A stretch of DNA of 64,000 bases, from contig NW_002060943.1 of assembly GCF_000150275.1 (NCBI RefSeq), positions 3,616,008-3,680,007 of the forward strand, in the 5' to 3' direction. Positions 1 through 11,562 of this stretch are shown here, one piece after another; positions within the stretch are counted from its first letter, which is position 1; the number at the start of each line of letters is the position of its first letter. The notes below the pieces were generated by a model that made no database searches, had not been told where the DNA came from, and was given only the letters and a program-made list of their open reading frames with translations. Origin of the DNA: Trichoplax adhaerens. Taxonomy: Eukaryota > Animalia > Placozoa. The position numbers and the translations under genes were made by a program.

Positions 1-85
1 TCTTTTATTTGTCGTAAATTGTAAGCATCCTGGATTAGTTTAGTTTTATTTATTTTTAGTTGGTTATCCAGTTATTGTATGTTAC

Positions 86-583
86 CTCGATATAAGATAC
101 AGCTACTTCAAAAGCTTTATCTTTCTTTAATTCTTCAATCCTTTGATATAATTCCATCATACATAGGAATATAATGCCCGGTGAATTAGCATCACCGAGC
201 ATGGTGAACGTTTTTCCGGCACCGGTAGCACCATAAGCAAATATAGAACAATTATAACCATCGAGGACAGCATCTAGGATTAACTTTGTAGAACTTTCAT
301 GAACTTCCATTTGCGTTGCATTTTCATCAAAAACACGATCAAACATCATTCTTAAATCTTTGGATTTTCGTTTTAGTATTCTTTTTCTACAGCCAGGTGT
401 TTTACGTAAGACTTGATCGTCTTCATCTTTAGGATCAAAGACTAACATTTTACTATCTAATGGTTGTACACAAGTTGTATAGGCCCCGTTGGACTCTTGT
501 TGATTATGAGGTCTTACACGGACAACAACCTTCATTGCGCTACCGCTAGTATTCTTGTTATTGCCCATATCACGCTTTGCCAT
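86..583 (-). CDS. KIF18: Kinesin-8 family motor (KIF18A/B-like), first coding exon; gene continues beyond the left edge
   Basis: ATG at 583. MKVVVRVRP, long basic loop-2 insert (RKRILKRKSKDLRMMFDRVF), P-loop AYGATGAGKT and VSYIE, then GTAAC donor at 85. Exon is 166 codons; the last ORF-track residues are intronic. Confidence 0.9.
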
Positions 584-1609
584 GACTTGAAAATTGAACT
601 CACTAATTCTAATTGGATGAAATTGTAATCATATCACGTAGAAAGGGAGGAAAGAAAAAAAACTTGGCAAAGGATATGAATCAAGAATAACAACTTGAAC
701 TTCAAGCTCCTGCCTAGTAATACCAGTCCGTTATAAATTCTAATCGCCAATCGCACACCGTTCAAAATCAATGATGATCACGATAACATTAAATGACAAT
801 CAGTCAGTAGGCAAAATGAATCCAGGCTAATGATTGAAGCGATTATCAATGTCTTGAACTAGGCAAAAAATGATTATTCCTATACAAGTTGGAAAGATAA
901 TTTTAATTTCTGAACGACTCTCGCCAACAGTACTAGTAGAAGTAGAGTCGATCAAGCTTCCCAAAGGATCAAATTGCTTGTCTGTGGTAGTCTCACTTCA
1001 ACCTTGACTCTTGATGAATCGTAATAACGTCGTGCAATGGTGCTCCAATAAAGTAATTGCTCCAAGATAGCAAGAGCGAGAGAGAGAGAGAGAGAACTAG
1101 ATGTTGTGATCATCGATGAAATCTTGTAATGTTGTTCTTTCGGCCCTTATTACTGGTTGAAAATTTGAAATTGAACTTCAACGGTTGTACTGGCATTGAT
1201 TGGATGATTTTAATCACGTGATAAAACCCAATAGGCGATGGTTGTAATTTGCCTAACGGACAGGTTGGACAAGCGTTGGAAGTTGGAATCCTTATCGAGC
1301 ATGCGTAATAGCTCCCCCCCCCCAAAAAGCTGCTCTATTTGAAATGCAAATTAAATGTGCTCTAGTGATATGGAAATCAACCAATGCCATGGATAATTGG
1401 ATATGCCGGCGTCTAGTCGAAACCCACCACTACAATGGATAATGTCGTGTCCGTATAGAACAAACTATCGATGACAGAACCAACTTTTCAAATCTACTTC
1501 ATTGCTGCGCTTTTGAAAATATTCAATATTGCATTGCTAGGTGCAACATACTGTCCTTTAAAAGACCATTATTTTTGCTAGTCATTTGACCTATACGGTA
1601 CATCTGTAT

Positions 1610-1750
1610 CGAACATTGTACTGTCTATTCGTTCGTCTAACTCTACAGTACATTCCTTACAGAGTTACAGTACAGTACTGTCCATTCGTCCCCTAGCCAT
1701 GTACTGTACAGTACTGTACTGTACTGTACACTACTGTACTGTAGCCCTGT
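1610..1750. repeat. ACTGT/TACAGTACTGTA low-complexity pentamer repeat
   Basis: Runs such as gtactgtacagtactgtactgtactgtacactactgtactgta at about 1700-1745; the same motif recurs at 2068-2095 and 50670-51250. Confidence 0.8.
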
Positions 1751-3220
1751 ATTGTTCTCGTAGAGTACTTCCTATTACGTCATTTTTGCGGATCTTCTCG
1801 AATAGCTACCGAAAGGGACTAAAAGATCTTGTATATATACATTCATCATAAGCCTGTTCAGGGTAGATGTAGAGAAAAATCTGTGCATAAGTTGATTGCT
1901 ATAGGTATGGCATCAATGATTGCGAATGCTTGTACTAGACTGCGAATGAGGATTATTGTGCTGATCATTTTAATTGTAGCCCGGCCTTGTTCGAGTAACT
2001 TGCTTCTGTTTGTAAAATCATATCCAATGGCCGCCCATACGTTCTCTAGCACTGTCTTTTGCAATCTTTACAGTACTGTGTTGTACTTACTGTAGTAGGT
2101 GACATCAATTTGGCTAATACGACACATACAATAGTCAATAGTGACTCAATCCCGCCAATTCTTACTGCAGTTTTCACGGTTGATCAAAATGCAGAATGGC
2201 GAAAAGAAAAAATTTAAAACTGGCTAGGCCTACTTACGGATTACTCGATGTTTTGAAAGCATCGATGCAGTATACTATATACTATATGTATAGTATACGA
2301 TATTGTAGTAACTACTATGACCAGTAGCAAGCTTTGAAATTATGCACTACAACGCTAAGTGTTTCTCTCAATACAGTATATTGTAGTGCAAATAGGTAAT
2401 ATCGCAAGCATAAATAGTGTCACAAGTATATATATATATTGCACATATCTAAAAAAATCTCACACCAGAGCAAGGCAACGACATGGAAAAAGATGGTAAT
2501 CACAGAATCTCACTGGAATATGACTCATCAATACCGTAGTATTTATCATTTACAATCTCTTGTCACCAGGAGTCTTATTGAATCCTAGCAAATCACAAAC
2601 AATACGGCATAGCGCAATGCCGTGCAATGGTTGCAATTGGCTTTATTACTTCATTATACTTGTTTTCCCTAGATGAACAGTGTTTCAAGTTATCAATTAC
2701 TAGTCACGCACAGTAGATCTGAGCTATCGATTCCTATCAAGCGTAAAAGATACGCCATATTACTCTATCATGCGTTTTAGTGCAGCTATACTGTACTGTA
2801 GTCTAGCAACAAGCAGCTAGCGAGTACCGCCTGGTTGTCATGGCAATGGATGAACTACTGTATGTCACAATGTCCATCAGGCCCTGCCAGTATAAACGGA
2901 TCAATAAGGTAACGATGAATATAATGATTCTTAATTAATTATAATAATAATAAAAGCATTTGATCAAGTAATGTCTTCCGTATGACTTTATGTTATTTCT
3001 ATAGACATGATAGATAGCCTTCGGGGAATTTCGCGATGAAATACACTCTTCCACTACTGTAACGGTTCTATAGTTTCCTATTTTCATATGCGCTTACCTA
3101 CAAAGATGTCATAAACATCAATAATTACCTTTCCCGTTCGGAACGATTTAAAACCTCAATACAATTATTCTCTCTATCTTGTATAAATGCTTCTTTGCAA
3201 TCAGTGCATAAAATGATGAT

Positions 3221-6200
3221 ATGAAAACGATATATTTGTTATTGTACTTCATTTTCATCTTGTTTACAACTGATCCAACCAAATGTGCTGGTCGTATTTG
3301 GCGTTGGCATCAGGATCGCCTTAACCTTTATAAAATAGGTCATCATGGACCTACCTATTCACATCTCGTCGTTCAATCTCGACAGAATCAATCCTCCGGC
3401 TACGCTACATCTGAATCCTATTCTGCAACAACCAATCTTGCTACTTCGCAGGTTAAAGTTCATAATTTTGTCGACGATTTTCATTCTTCCTTTTTTGCTC
3501 AGAATTTAAGTATTTATGGCCGATTGATAGTTGTTAACAATCCGTTAAGAACTATTTCTGTACTTGAACCCCACAGCCCCGGCGGTTGTAATATGTCTAT
3601 TATGTCGACAGTAGCAGACACTGCTCAAAGAGCTCATTGCCATGTAGCCATGAATGCTGGATTTTATAATGCGGAAAGTGGAACATGCTACGGTAATATT
3701 ATTTCCAATGGCAGACGGGTTAAAATAGCCAATGTTCAAAACGTGAATTTTGGTATCCGCAAGAATGGATCGATTATTGTTGGTTATTTAACGGAAGAAG
3801 AAATTCTTGATGATGAAAATCCATTTGTTCAGTTAGTCTCAGGTAAGCGTAAAACATGAAAACCAGGCTTTTACCTTAGATAAATAGATATGATGCCGTC
3901 ATGGACTTGTTTACGTAATAAACCAGTGATTTTAATAAATATTTAGAAATCATAGTAAACATTATATAGCGTTAGCTCATATTGATTATAATGATCACTG
4001 CTGCTTGGCAGTCTACAAATAAAATATTGTCGTCGACAGTAAGCAATTAACTTAGTAACTAAGCTTCTACTTTCTAATATAATTGCCATGCCATGAACTT
4101 GTTTACAGAATAAATAAGTGATTTGATGAATATTTACAAATGATCGTCAGCATTCTATAGTAAATTTTCGTGTTGAGTATACTGTAGATTAGCTAGCACG
4201 CTCCCTAACAGTCTATGGAGTAAAATAGCATAGTCCAATGCGTAGTTTACTTGGCTCAGATGGAATCGGTTGTATACTGTACCTTACGAGGTATAAAATG
4301 TGAAGTCGAGGGCGTTACATATTACTATCGTGCATCAACTACGAGCATCGTGTCGTATGGTCGTACTTTACGAAGCCGGTAATCGATTTCATAGTGACCT
4401 ACTATTGTTAGTCTTAATTAATATTAAGTTAATAGTTTAGTATTATAAATATATATGTCCCATTTGAAACTCTTATTCCACATTAAGAGTAAAATTGTTG
4501 CTTATTCATGCACGACTCAGCATGTACCAGTGGTATACTTAGATATAAATGATGTAATATTTACGGTAATAAACATACGAGTATATGTTTTTAGGTGTAA
4601 TATGGCTAGTCAGAAATGGAAAATTGTACATTAAAGAGAGCATAGAAATGGAAAGTAGTCAGCGGGACGATCTTGGAATACTCAAACAGTTTGTTGAAGC
4701 CAGATCAGCTAGGAATGCCATTGGCCATGACAGAGATGGAAATGTTATGTTGATGCAAATAGAAGGCCAAACAAATCTTAATGGGTAAACTTAATGTTCA
4801 AATATTATCATAGTGCATGACAGTATAGCATAATTTTTAATACAATAGTCAAAATACATTGCAATACATTTTAAATTATTGTTATAAAATATTGAAAAGT
4901 AAAAATCACGCTTATATACTATTTCAGTTACTCCTTAAACTAATTATTTCTTTCATTCTATCTCCTCTGCATCCGTCATTAAGAGTTGATATTTATATAG
5001 ACATGTAACGACCTTTTGTTAGATTTACAATTTTAAAATAACACTACTCAATTATTTCTCGAACGGAAATGAGATCTAGACTGTGTGCATTTATAGCAAT
5101 GAATGTATATACGAGAAACTGTAAATTTAGTTTTTAATAAGACATCTAATTATATGATGTATTCTACGTACCCCAGATTAAATCTATACGACTTTGCAAT
5201 GAAATTAATTGAATCAGGATTTGTCAATGCTATTAATTTGGATGGCGGAGGATCATCAACAACTGTCATTGATGGTGTTACGGTTGGCTATCCATCAAAT
5301 CACTGGTAAGTATTATAACCTTCGTAGTAATACTACATCAGTAATATCTTGTAATTTCTTAAATAATAACTTCCATAGCATCTAATTTAACTTATTCCTA
5401 TTCTCAAGCTTACTTTTTATGAATCTGAGATTATGCTGTTTACTGAAAGACTGCAATAATGCGATATCATGTTACTGAAAAAACAATTGAAATTTGCTTC
5501 TAGCTGATATACCTATCTTTTATTTCAGTAGCAAATCTAATACGGCCTTTGGATGTTCTCAAGCAGTGTCTACAGTTATATGCATTCAGGACTTACATTG
5601 TTTGCCTCAAGATTGCAATAACCATGGCAAATGTATAAATGGAAAATGTCTGTGTAACGATCACTGGACCGGCGAAACTTGTGATACTACTATCTGTGAA
5701 TACTTACGTAATTGTTCAGGAAATGGCCAATGCACACAAGGTTTCTTCTAAGGAAAGATTTCTAAACAATGAACGACTATATTTAGTCTTGCGATATTAC
5801 GTTAGTCGTTAAATTTTTTCGGACATATTTCCTTGCATTCTCAAAAATTCAAAAATTAATAAGACTACGAGAAATTAAATAGCAGAATTCATACCGTACA
5901 ACAGGATTTGTTACCGATTCTATTAGCTGTATATTATCATTTGATGGAAATTAGTTAACAATATCTACGGTTAGAAATGAAATAACAGAAGTTATACAAT
6001 AGTTATTGATACTCTCTATTGGAACTTTGGAAGTAACAATAAGTGGTTACCATTGATCGAAAAAAGTGTATAGAATTACTATGAGAAAAATAATTAAATT
6101 TACATAATACTATTTGACCACTACAACTATCACACTAATTGATTGAGCCTAAACTGGAGATCAGTCTACTAATTTACTGTTAATGCGAAAAAATCTATAA

Positions 6201-9200
6201 TGAAGACTTGCTGTAGTTATGCTTCTAAAAATTTTTTATGATTTTGATTCGTCATATTTAGATGGTTGTAACTGTAATCCGGGATGGGTTGGGTTGTTTT
6301 GTGAGCTAGGTATGTATCGTACACTGAATTATCACATCTTCTTTGAAATGTATATAGTATTTTGTATTATGATTGAAAAATCTCTTGGAAGAGACAATGC
6401 TTCTAATAGTATTTTATGTTAGTATATTAGAATGAAGATAGGTCACAAAATGACAATTTATATAGAAGAACTCTTGTTAGATAAGCTAACCCTGAATTTA
6501 CTGATCATAAATTTTACCTATCATCTGCTTACGTCTTTACATAGATAACAGCATGTATTTTATATAATAGTATGAAGTAAAAAGGGACTGATATTCACCA
6601 AGTTTGATATAAATAGATCGTAGCTTGATCTAATAAAAATTAGAATTTCACAATTTAGCTTAGAGAGGAAGTTGAGCTACGGTAACTTTCTGACAATATA
6701 CAATCAGTCCATTGAATATTATATGACATACTGTAGATAACAGCATATTTTTATACCATGTTATCTTATAAAGATGAATTAATCTTTACCTTGCTATACA
6801 TTAAAATTGTGGCTAAATTTAAAGTTAGATTTCCACGGTTTTGCCTAGAGAGAGACTTGGAATTAATTTAACCTCCTGATAATAGGAGATAGTCCATCTT
6901 TTGAGAACGACAGTATTACATACAAATACCGGATAGAACAAAATTTTACAGTTGACTCTATATTCTGCCATTACTCTAGCTTTTTGATCTATAAATGAGT
7001 GATAGAATAGACAGTAGCAAATTGAGAATGATTCTAATATGTTGTTTAGCTCATCCTCGCACGGATTTTGGTCAGAGATGCAATCGGGTATGTAATTGTG
7101 AAAATGGAGCAAAATTGGATCTGGTAACCGGAGATTGCCCCTGCTTACAAGATTGGACGGAAAGTTTTTGTGATAGAGGTAAACTTTTAGCTAGTATTTA
7201 GCACAAGCTCTACAATATCTAGAATTGCATTTCGTATCATTAGAAATAGTGCTTATGCGCTTCTGTTCTGTGATACACTCCATTTTGCATTTAGAATGTC
7301 CGCTGGGCTTCTATGGTAAACTTTGCATCGACAAGTGCAATTGTGATTCCCCTTGCATGTGTAATCTTGTAACTGGGAAATGTGAAAAAGAAAGTGAACG
7401 GTGTAATCGCCTAAATAAATCCCGTGGCTATGTTGAGTTTGAATCTACACCGACTGCAACGAATCTCGCCAGCCCACAAATTAAAGTCCATGAGTTTATG
7501 GACGATTTTTATTCTTCCTTTTTTTCTGAAAGTTTAGTGGTTTACGGTCGACTCATCGTAATCGAGGATCCGTTAAGAACTGTTTCCGTCCTTGAGCCAA
7601 ATGGGCCTGGCGGCTGCAATATATCTACTATGGCGACGGTAGTAGATACCTCTCGAAGAGCTGGGTGCTATTTAGCAATGAATGCTGGTTATTTTAATGC
7701 AGAAACCAGAGGATGCCTCGGTAATATTATCTCCAACGGTAGACTGGTTCGAATAACGAGTGTTAAGAACGTCAATTTTGGTATTCGTAAAAATGGATCA
7801 ATTATTGTTGGTTATTTAACCGAGGATGATATTCTCGATAGCAGAAATCCATTTATTCAGTTAATTTCAGGTAAGGATTACCCTAAGTGTTGAAATCAGA
7901 TATTCTGCTAGATGTAATAGGAATTTAAGCCCCTGAATTCATCGATATATTAAAGCAGTGATTTTTATACATATTTACAACTGTCTTGAAAGTTACGTGA
8001 GGATTCGTTGTTTTGAGTATAGTATTAACTACTACGATGTCTGACAATCTAGAATATCAGGGTATAATAGTCTAAGTAAAAGTAAAAATTCTCTCAATTT
8101 TATTAATTATTGAGGAATTTATCTAGATAATAAATTTTAGTAATTTTATAATTTTCCGGAAACGGCCAAAAATATTTTTGAGCATCATTTGCGCTGAGAA
8201 TCGCCTTAAGTGCTGTCGAAGAATCTGTGGAATCAAAGTAGTACGGTGGAGGCATTAAGCTTAGCTTAATTATTATGGCAAGAAATTGGTATAGAAAATA
8301 TATTTGGGTAGCATATATATTAAATCAGTGATATTTTAAAAACCTGCTACATTATTTACCCGAAATATAGCGTTACCAGCTGCTTGACAAATTTATAACA
8401 GCAAAATATTACAGTAAAAGTAATAAGCTCAGCTCCTGTTGCCTTTAAATTCGCTCAAGAACGTTACAAAGCAATGTTAACCATAATATTTACTACTATC
8501 TAACAATCTATAGCTCCAAAATATTGTAACCAAACAACTAAACTTGGCTCAGATCCTTAGCTGTACACTATATTATATTACACAAAGTTATTGATAATAA
8601 AACTAGTGAAATAGCTAATTTACCATCCTATCGTTACTATCCTTTGCAATTACCTTACACTTTAGGTCCTGCATGATCTACTAACATTAAGCTGATAAAG
8701 TAATGCTTCCAGTATACTTTTTAAAACCTGGAAAATAGTTAATACCTCGTATCATCTAAAGATGCGCCTGTTTAATGCAATTGATACGGTTCATATCGAC
8801 TGCTAATGCAGTAATATCTGCTATTATTCATGAAGCAGTACCGTACAGTCTACGGAATATTAATTTAAGATAGATAATTATAATTTATTCATGCAGGTGT
8901 TATATGGTTAGTAAGAAATGGAAAATCATATGTCAAAGAAAGCATGGAAATGGAAAGCATAAAACGAAAGGATATTAGATTATTAAAGTGGTTCGTTGAA
9001 ACTAAATCAGCCAGAAATGCCATTGGCCATGACAGAGATGGAAATGTTATGCTGGTACAAACAGAAGGCCAGACAAACTTTGAGGGGTAAGTTAAAGGTT
9101 CCAAATACCCCGGTATTAGGAAGTACACAACTGATAGTATGTATTAGTCCGATTTTGGAATATACTGCAATGCCAGTATATCTTGAAATATTCTAGAGTA

Positions 9201-11208
9201 TTTAAAAGTAAATAATGCTGTAAACAATCCTAATTTGATCAGTGCTTTAACACCTGCATCTTACAATTCTATCAATATTCTACAACTTAGGATAGCAGCT
9301 TTGCATATAATGAAAATGTTGTAATTCTGTCGTAGTTTTATTTAATACGGTACGAACTTAAATTTACGCCACCCAATAATTTTTCTTGAACTCCAACAAG
9401 ATCTGGACTGTTTGCAGAGATATCAATAAACATATATGCAATACTAATAAGAATATTCAATTTCATAAGAATAATAATATTCGATTTAATAAGAGAATCT
9501 ATTAATTGATTATTGACTCTATAAATCTCAGATTAAACTTATATGACTTTGCCGAGAAACTAATCGAATCTGGATTTGTCAATGCTATCAATTTGGACGG
9601 GGGAGGATCATTAACAACAGTTGTCAAAGGTGTTACCATTGGCTTCCCATCTGATCCATGGTAAGATTTATATAACATTTGCTGTAATGTTAGAACCCTA
9701 ACAATTTGAGATTTCCGAAAGTCGCATGAGTCTTGGACATGTTATAATTATCTTCTATCGTCCATATTTGACGATGATAAATATTATATCAATATACTGT
9801 CATTCTTAGTATTTAAAGTCTTGCTATAAGGTTATCCTATATTATTATAGAATGCTGATAAATGTTAAGATATTCTTGGAGCTAATGTAGTAATATTTCT
9901 AATTGTAAACGATATCAACAGTGAATCAAATATAGCCTATCGATGTGCTCGACCAGTATCTACAGTTATATGTGCTCATCGCTTGCATTGCATACCTCAA
10001 GATTGCAATAACCACGGTAGATGTTTACATGGAAAATGTCTTTGCAACCATAACTGGACTGGTGAAGCTTGTGAAATTACTATTTGTGGATACTTACACA
10101 ACTGTTCAGGAAATGGTCTATGTACCCCAGGTTCATTTTTGAAGAAATACTTACCTACATAATTTTGTCATGAGTAGAAATGGTCAAATTTAATTCTTCA
10201 ATAAAGTTTCTCGGGTGCAATAAAGACATATTGCTACGAAAATTTGCAAATTTTAAATTTTCTCCTTAACATTTAGATGGTTGTAGTTGTAACCCGGGAT
10301 GGATTGGATTATATTGTCAGAAAGGTATTTATCGTGTAACTAATTCTTGTATTTTGCTCTATAAAAGGGATATAGTATACCCTAATGACAATTAAATCTC
10401 CAATGAAACATGTACTTTCAACTATTAATATATATTTTGTATCGGTATTCCATTTAGAATGCGTTTGCTGATAGAATTTAATAAATTAAGAATCATGTTA
10501 ATATTGTCTAGCTTGTCCTGCAACAACTTTTGGCCAGAGATGCAATCAGACGTGTATATGTCAAAATGGAGCTCAATGTGATCCTATAACTGGCAACTGT
10601 TCCTGCTTACAGGGTTGGACAGGCAGATATTGTGATAGAGGTAAAGTTCTTATTGATTCATTAGTACAAATGATACAAAATCATGATTGCATTCCTTGTA
10701 ATTAAAAGCACCGTCATTGCCACACAAAAAAGCTAATGATGCTGAAATCCGTCTTATTCTGTTACCCCATTTCTCTTCTGCATTTAGAGTGTCCATTTGG
10801 CTTATATGGTAAGCTTTGTGTCCACAAGTGTACCTGTGATTTACTTTGTATGTGTAATCCAATAACTGGAGAATGTGAAAGCCAAAGTCGCCGTTGTCAC
10901 TATCATAAAATTCAATGTCAGATGAAATCAAAGATTCTAAAATACAGGTATTAAGAATAAAGAAGTATTAGCATTATTATCATATTGGGATAGAGCTTGG
11001 CCATTATGTCTAATTTAGTTGGAAATTTCCATTTAATCGATAATTTTATACTGCATCAATCATTTCTACATTTACCTGACTTTGAAATACTTATTATAAA
11101 TATATTCGTATTCTGAATAGATTAAGAAAACTAGATTTCTTTGGATATCTTGCTGCTTTTATTGTGAGTATCTTTTCATCGCTGTATATATTCCTACTCG
11201 TTCAATGA
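3221..11208 (+). CDS. NAGPA: NAGPA-like N-acetylglucosamine-1-phosphodiester alpha-N-acetylglucosaminidase (uncovering enzyme) with two tandem catalytic+EGF modules, signal peptide and C-terminal hydrophobic anchor
   Basis: Exons 3221-3842, 4595-4784, 5177-5305, 5529-5740, 6262-6309, 7050-7178, 7295-7870, 8897-9086, 9532-9660, 9922-10130, 10277-10324, 10512-10640, 10788-10947, 11121-11208; all GT-AG and phase-compatible. Motifs occur twice: P-LRT(I/V)SVLEP, NAG(FY/YF), GNIISNG, NVNFGIRKNGSIIVGYL, SGVIWLVRNG, SARNAIGHD, NAINLDGGGS, VSTVIC, each followed by EGF/laminin-EGF repeats. The 3' end is less certain (see findings). Confidence 0.88.
3890..4230 (+). repeat. Degenerate ~190-bp tandem duplication in NAGPA intron 1
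   Basis: atgccgtcatggacttgtttacgtaataaaccagtgatttt (about 3892) versus atgccatgaacttgtttacagaataaataagtgatttg (about 4088). A related segment lies in the paralogous intron 7871-8896. Confidence 0.6.
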
Positions 11209-11269
11209 CAATTGGGAGGAAAGAGTTTACTACGCGTTAGGAATAAGCAAACCAAAAAACGATGATGAT

Positions 11270-11562
11270 GATAAATCAATTATAACTGCTTAAGGATCAC
11301 ATTCCGATGGCGTAGATGATGACGGAAAGGCTTTTAGAAAGCAGTCGTAAAACTAAACAAGCTAGCAACGAAGGTGTGAATACTCGTAAATCAATTATAG
11401 CTGCTTCAGGATCGCATTCTGATGGAGTGATGATGGAAAGGCTTTTAGAAAGCAGTCGTAGGATTGAACAAACTAGCAACGAAGATTAGGATAAATCAAT
11501 TATAATTGCTTAAGAACTGCATTCAGATAACATAGATGGTGACGGAATGACTTTTAGAAAGT
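11270..11562 (+). repeat. ~105-115-bp tandem repeat, about 2.7 copies, just downstream of the NAGPA stop
   Basis: Unit (ga)taaatcaattata..tgctt.aggatc.cattc.gat.....gatga.ggaaaggcttttagaaagcagtcgta starts at about 11270, 11387 and 11490. Confidence 0.85.

Noticed and set aside
1110-2095. Short ORFs 1110-1325, 1829-2095 and 1858-2064
   Set aside because: No recognisable domain or splice partners; they lie in the divergent promoter and low-complexity region.
2585-2623. Hairpin ACGGCAT-agcgca-ATGCCGT near CTAG (and a weaker case at about 15368-15385) as Helitron ends
   Set aside because: The flanking base and spacing do not fit well, or one arm is decayed; too little support.
7225-7893. Second NAGPA as an independent gene starting at the ORF-track start 7225
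   Set aside because: 7225-7294 is intronic and homologous to the intron before 10788; there is no signal peptide, and the acceptor at 7294 joins the upstream exon in frame.
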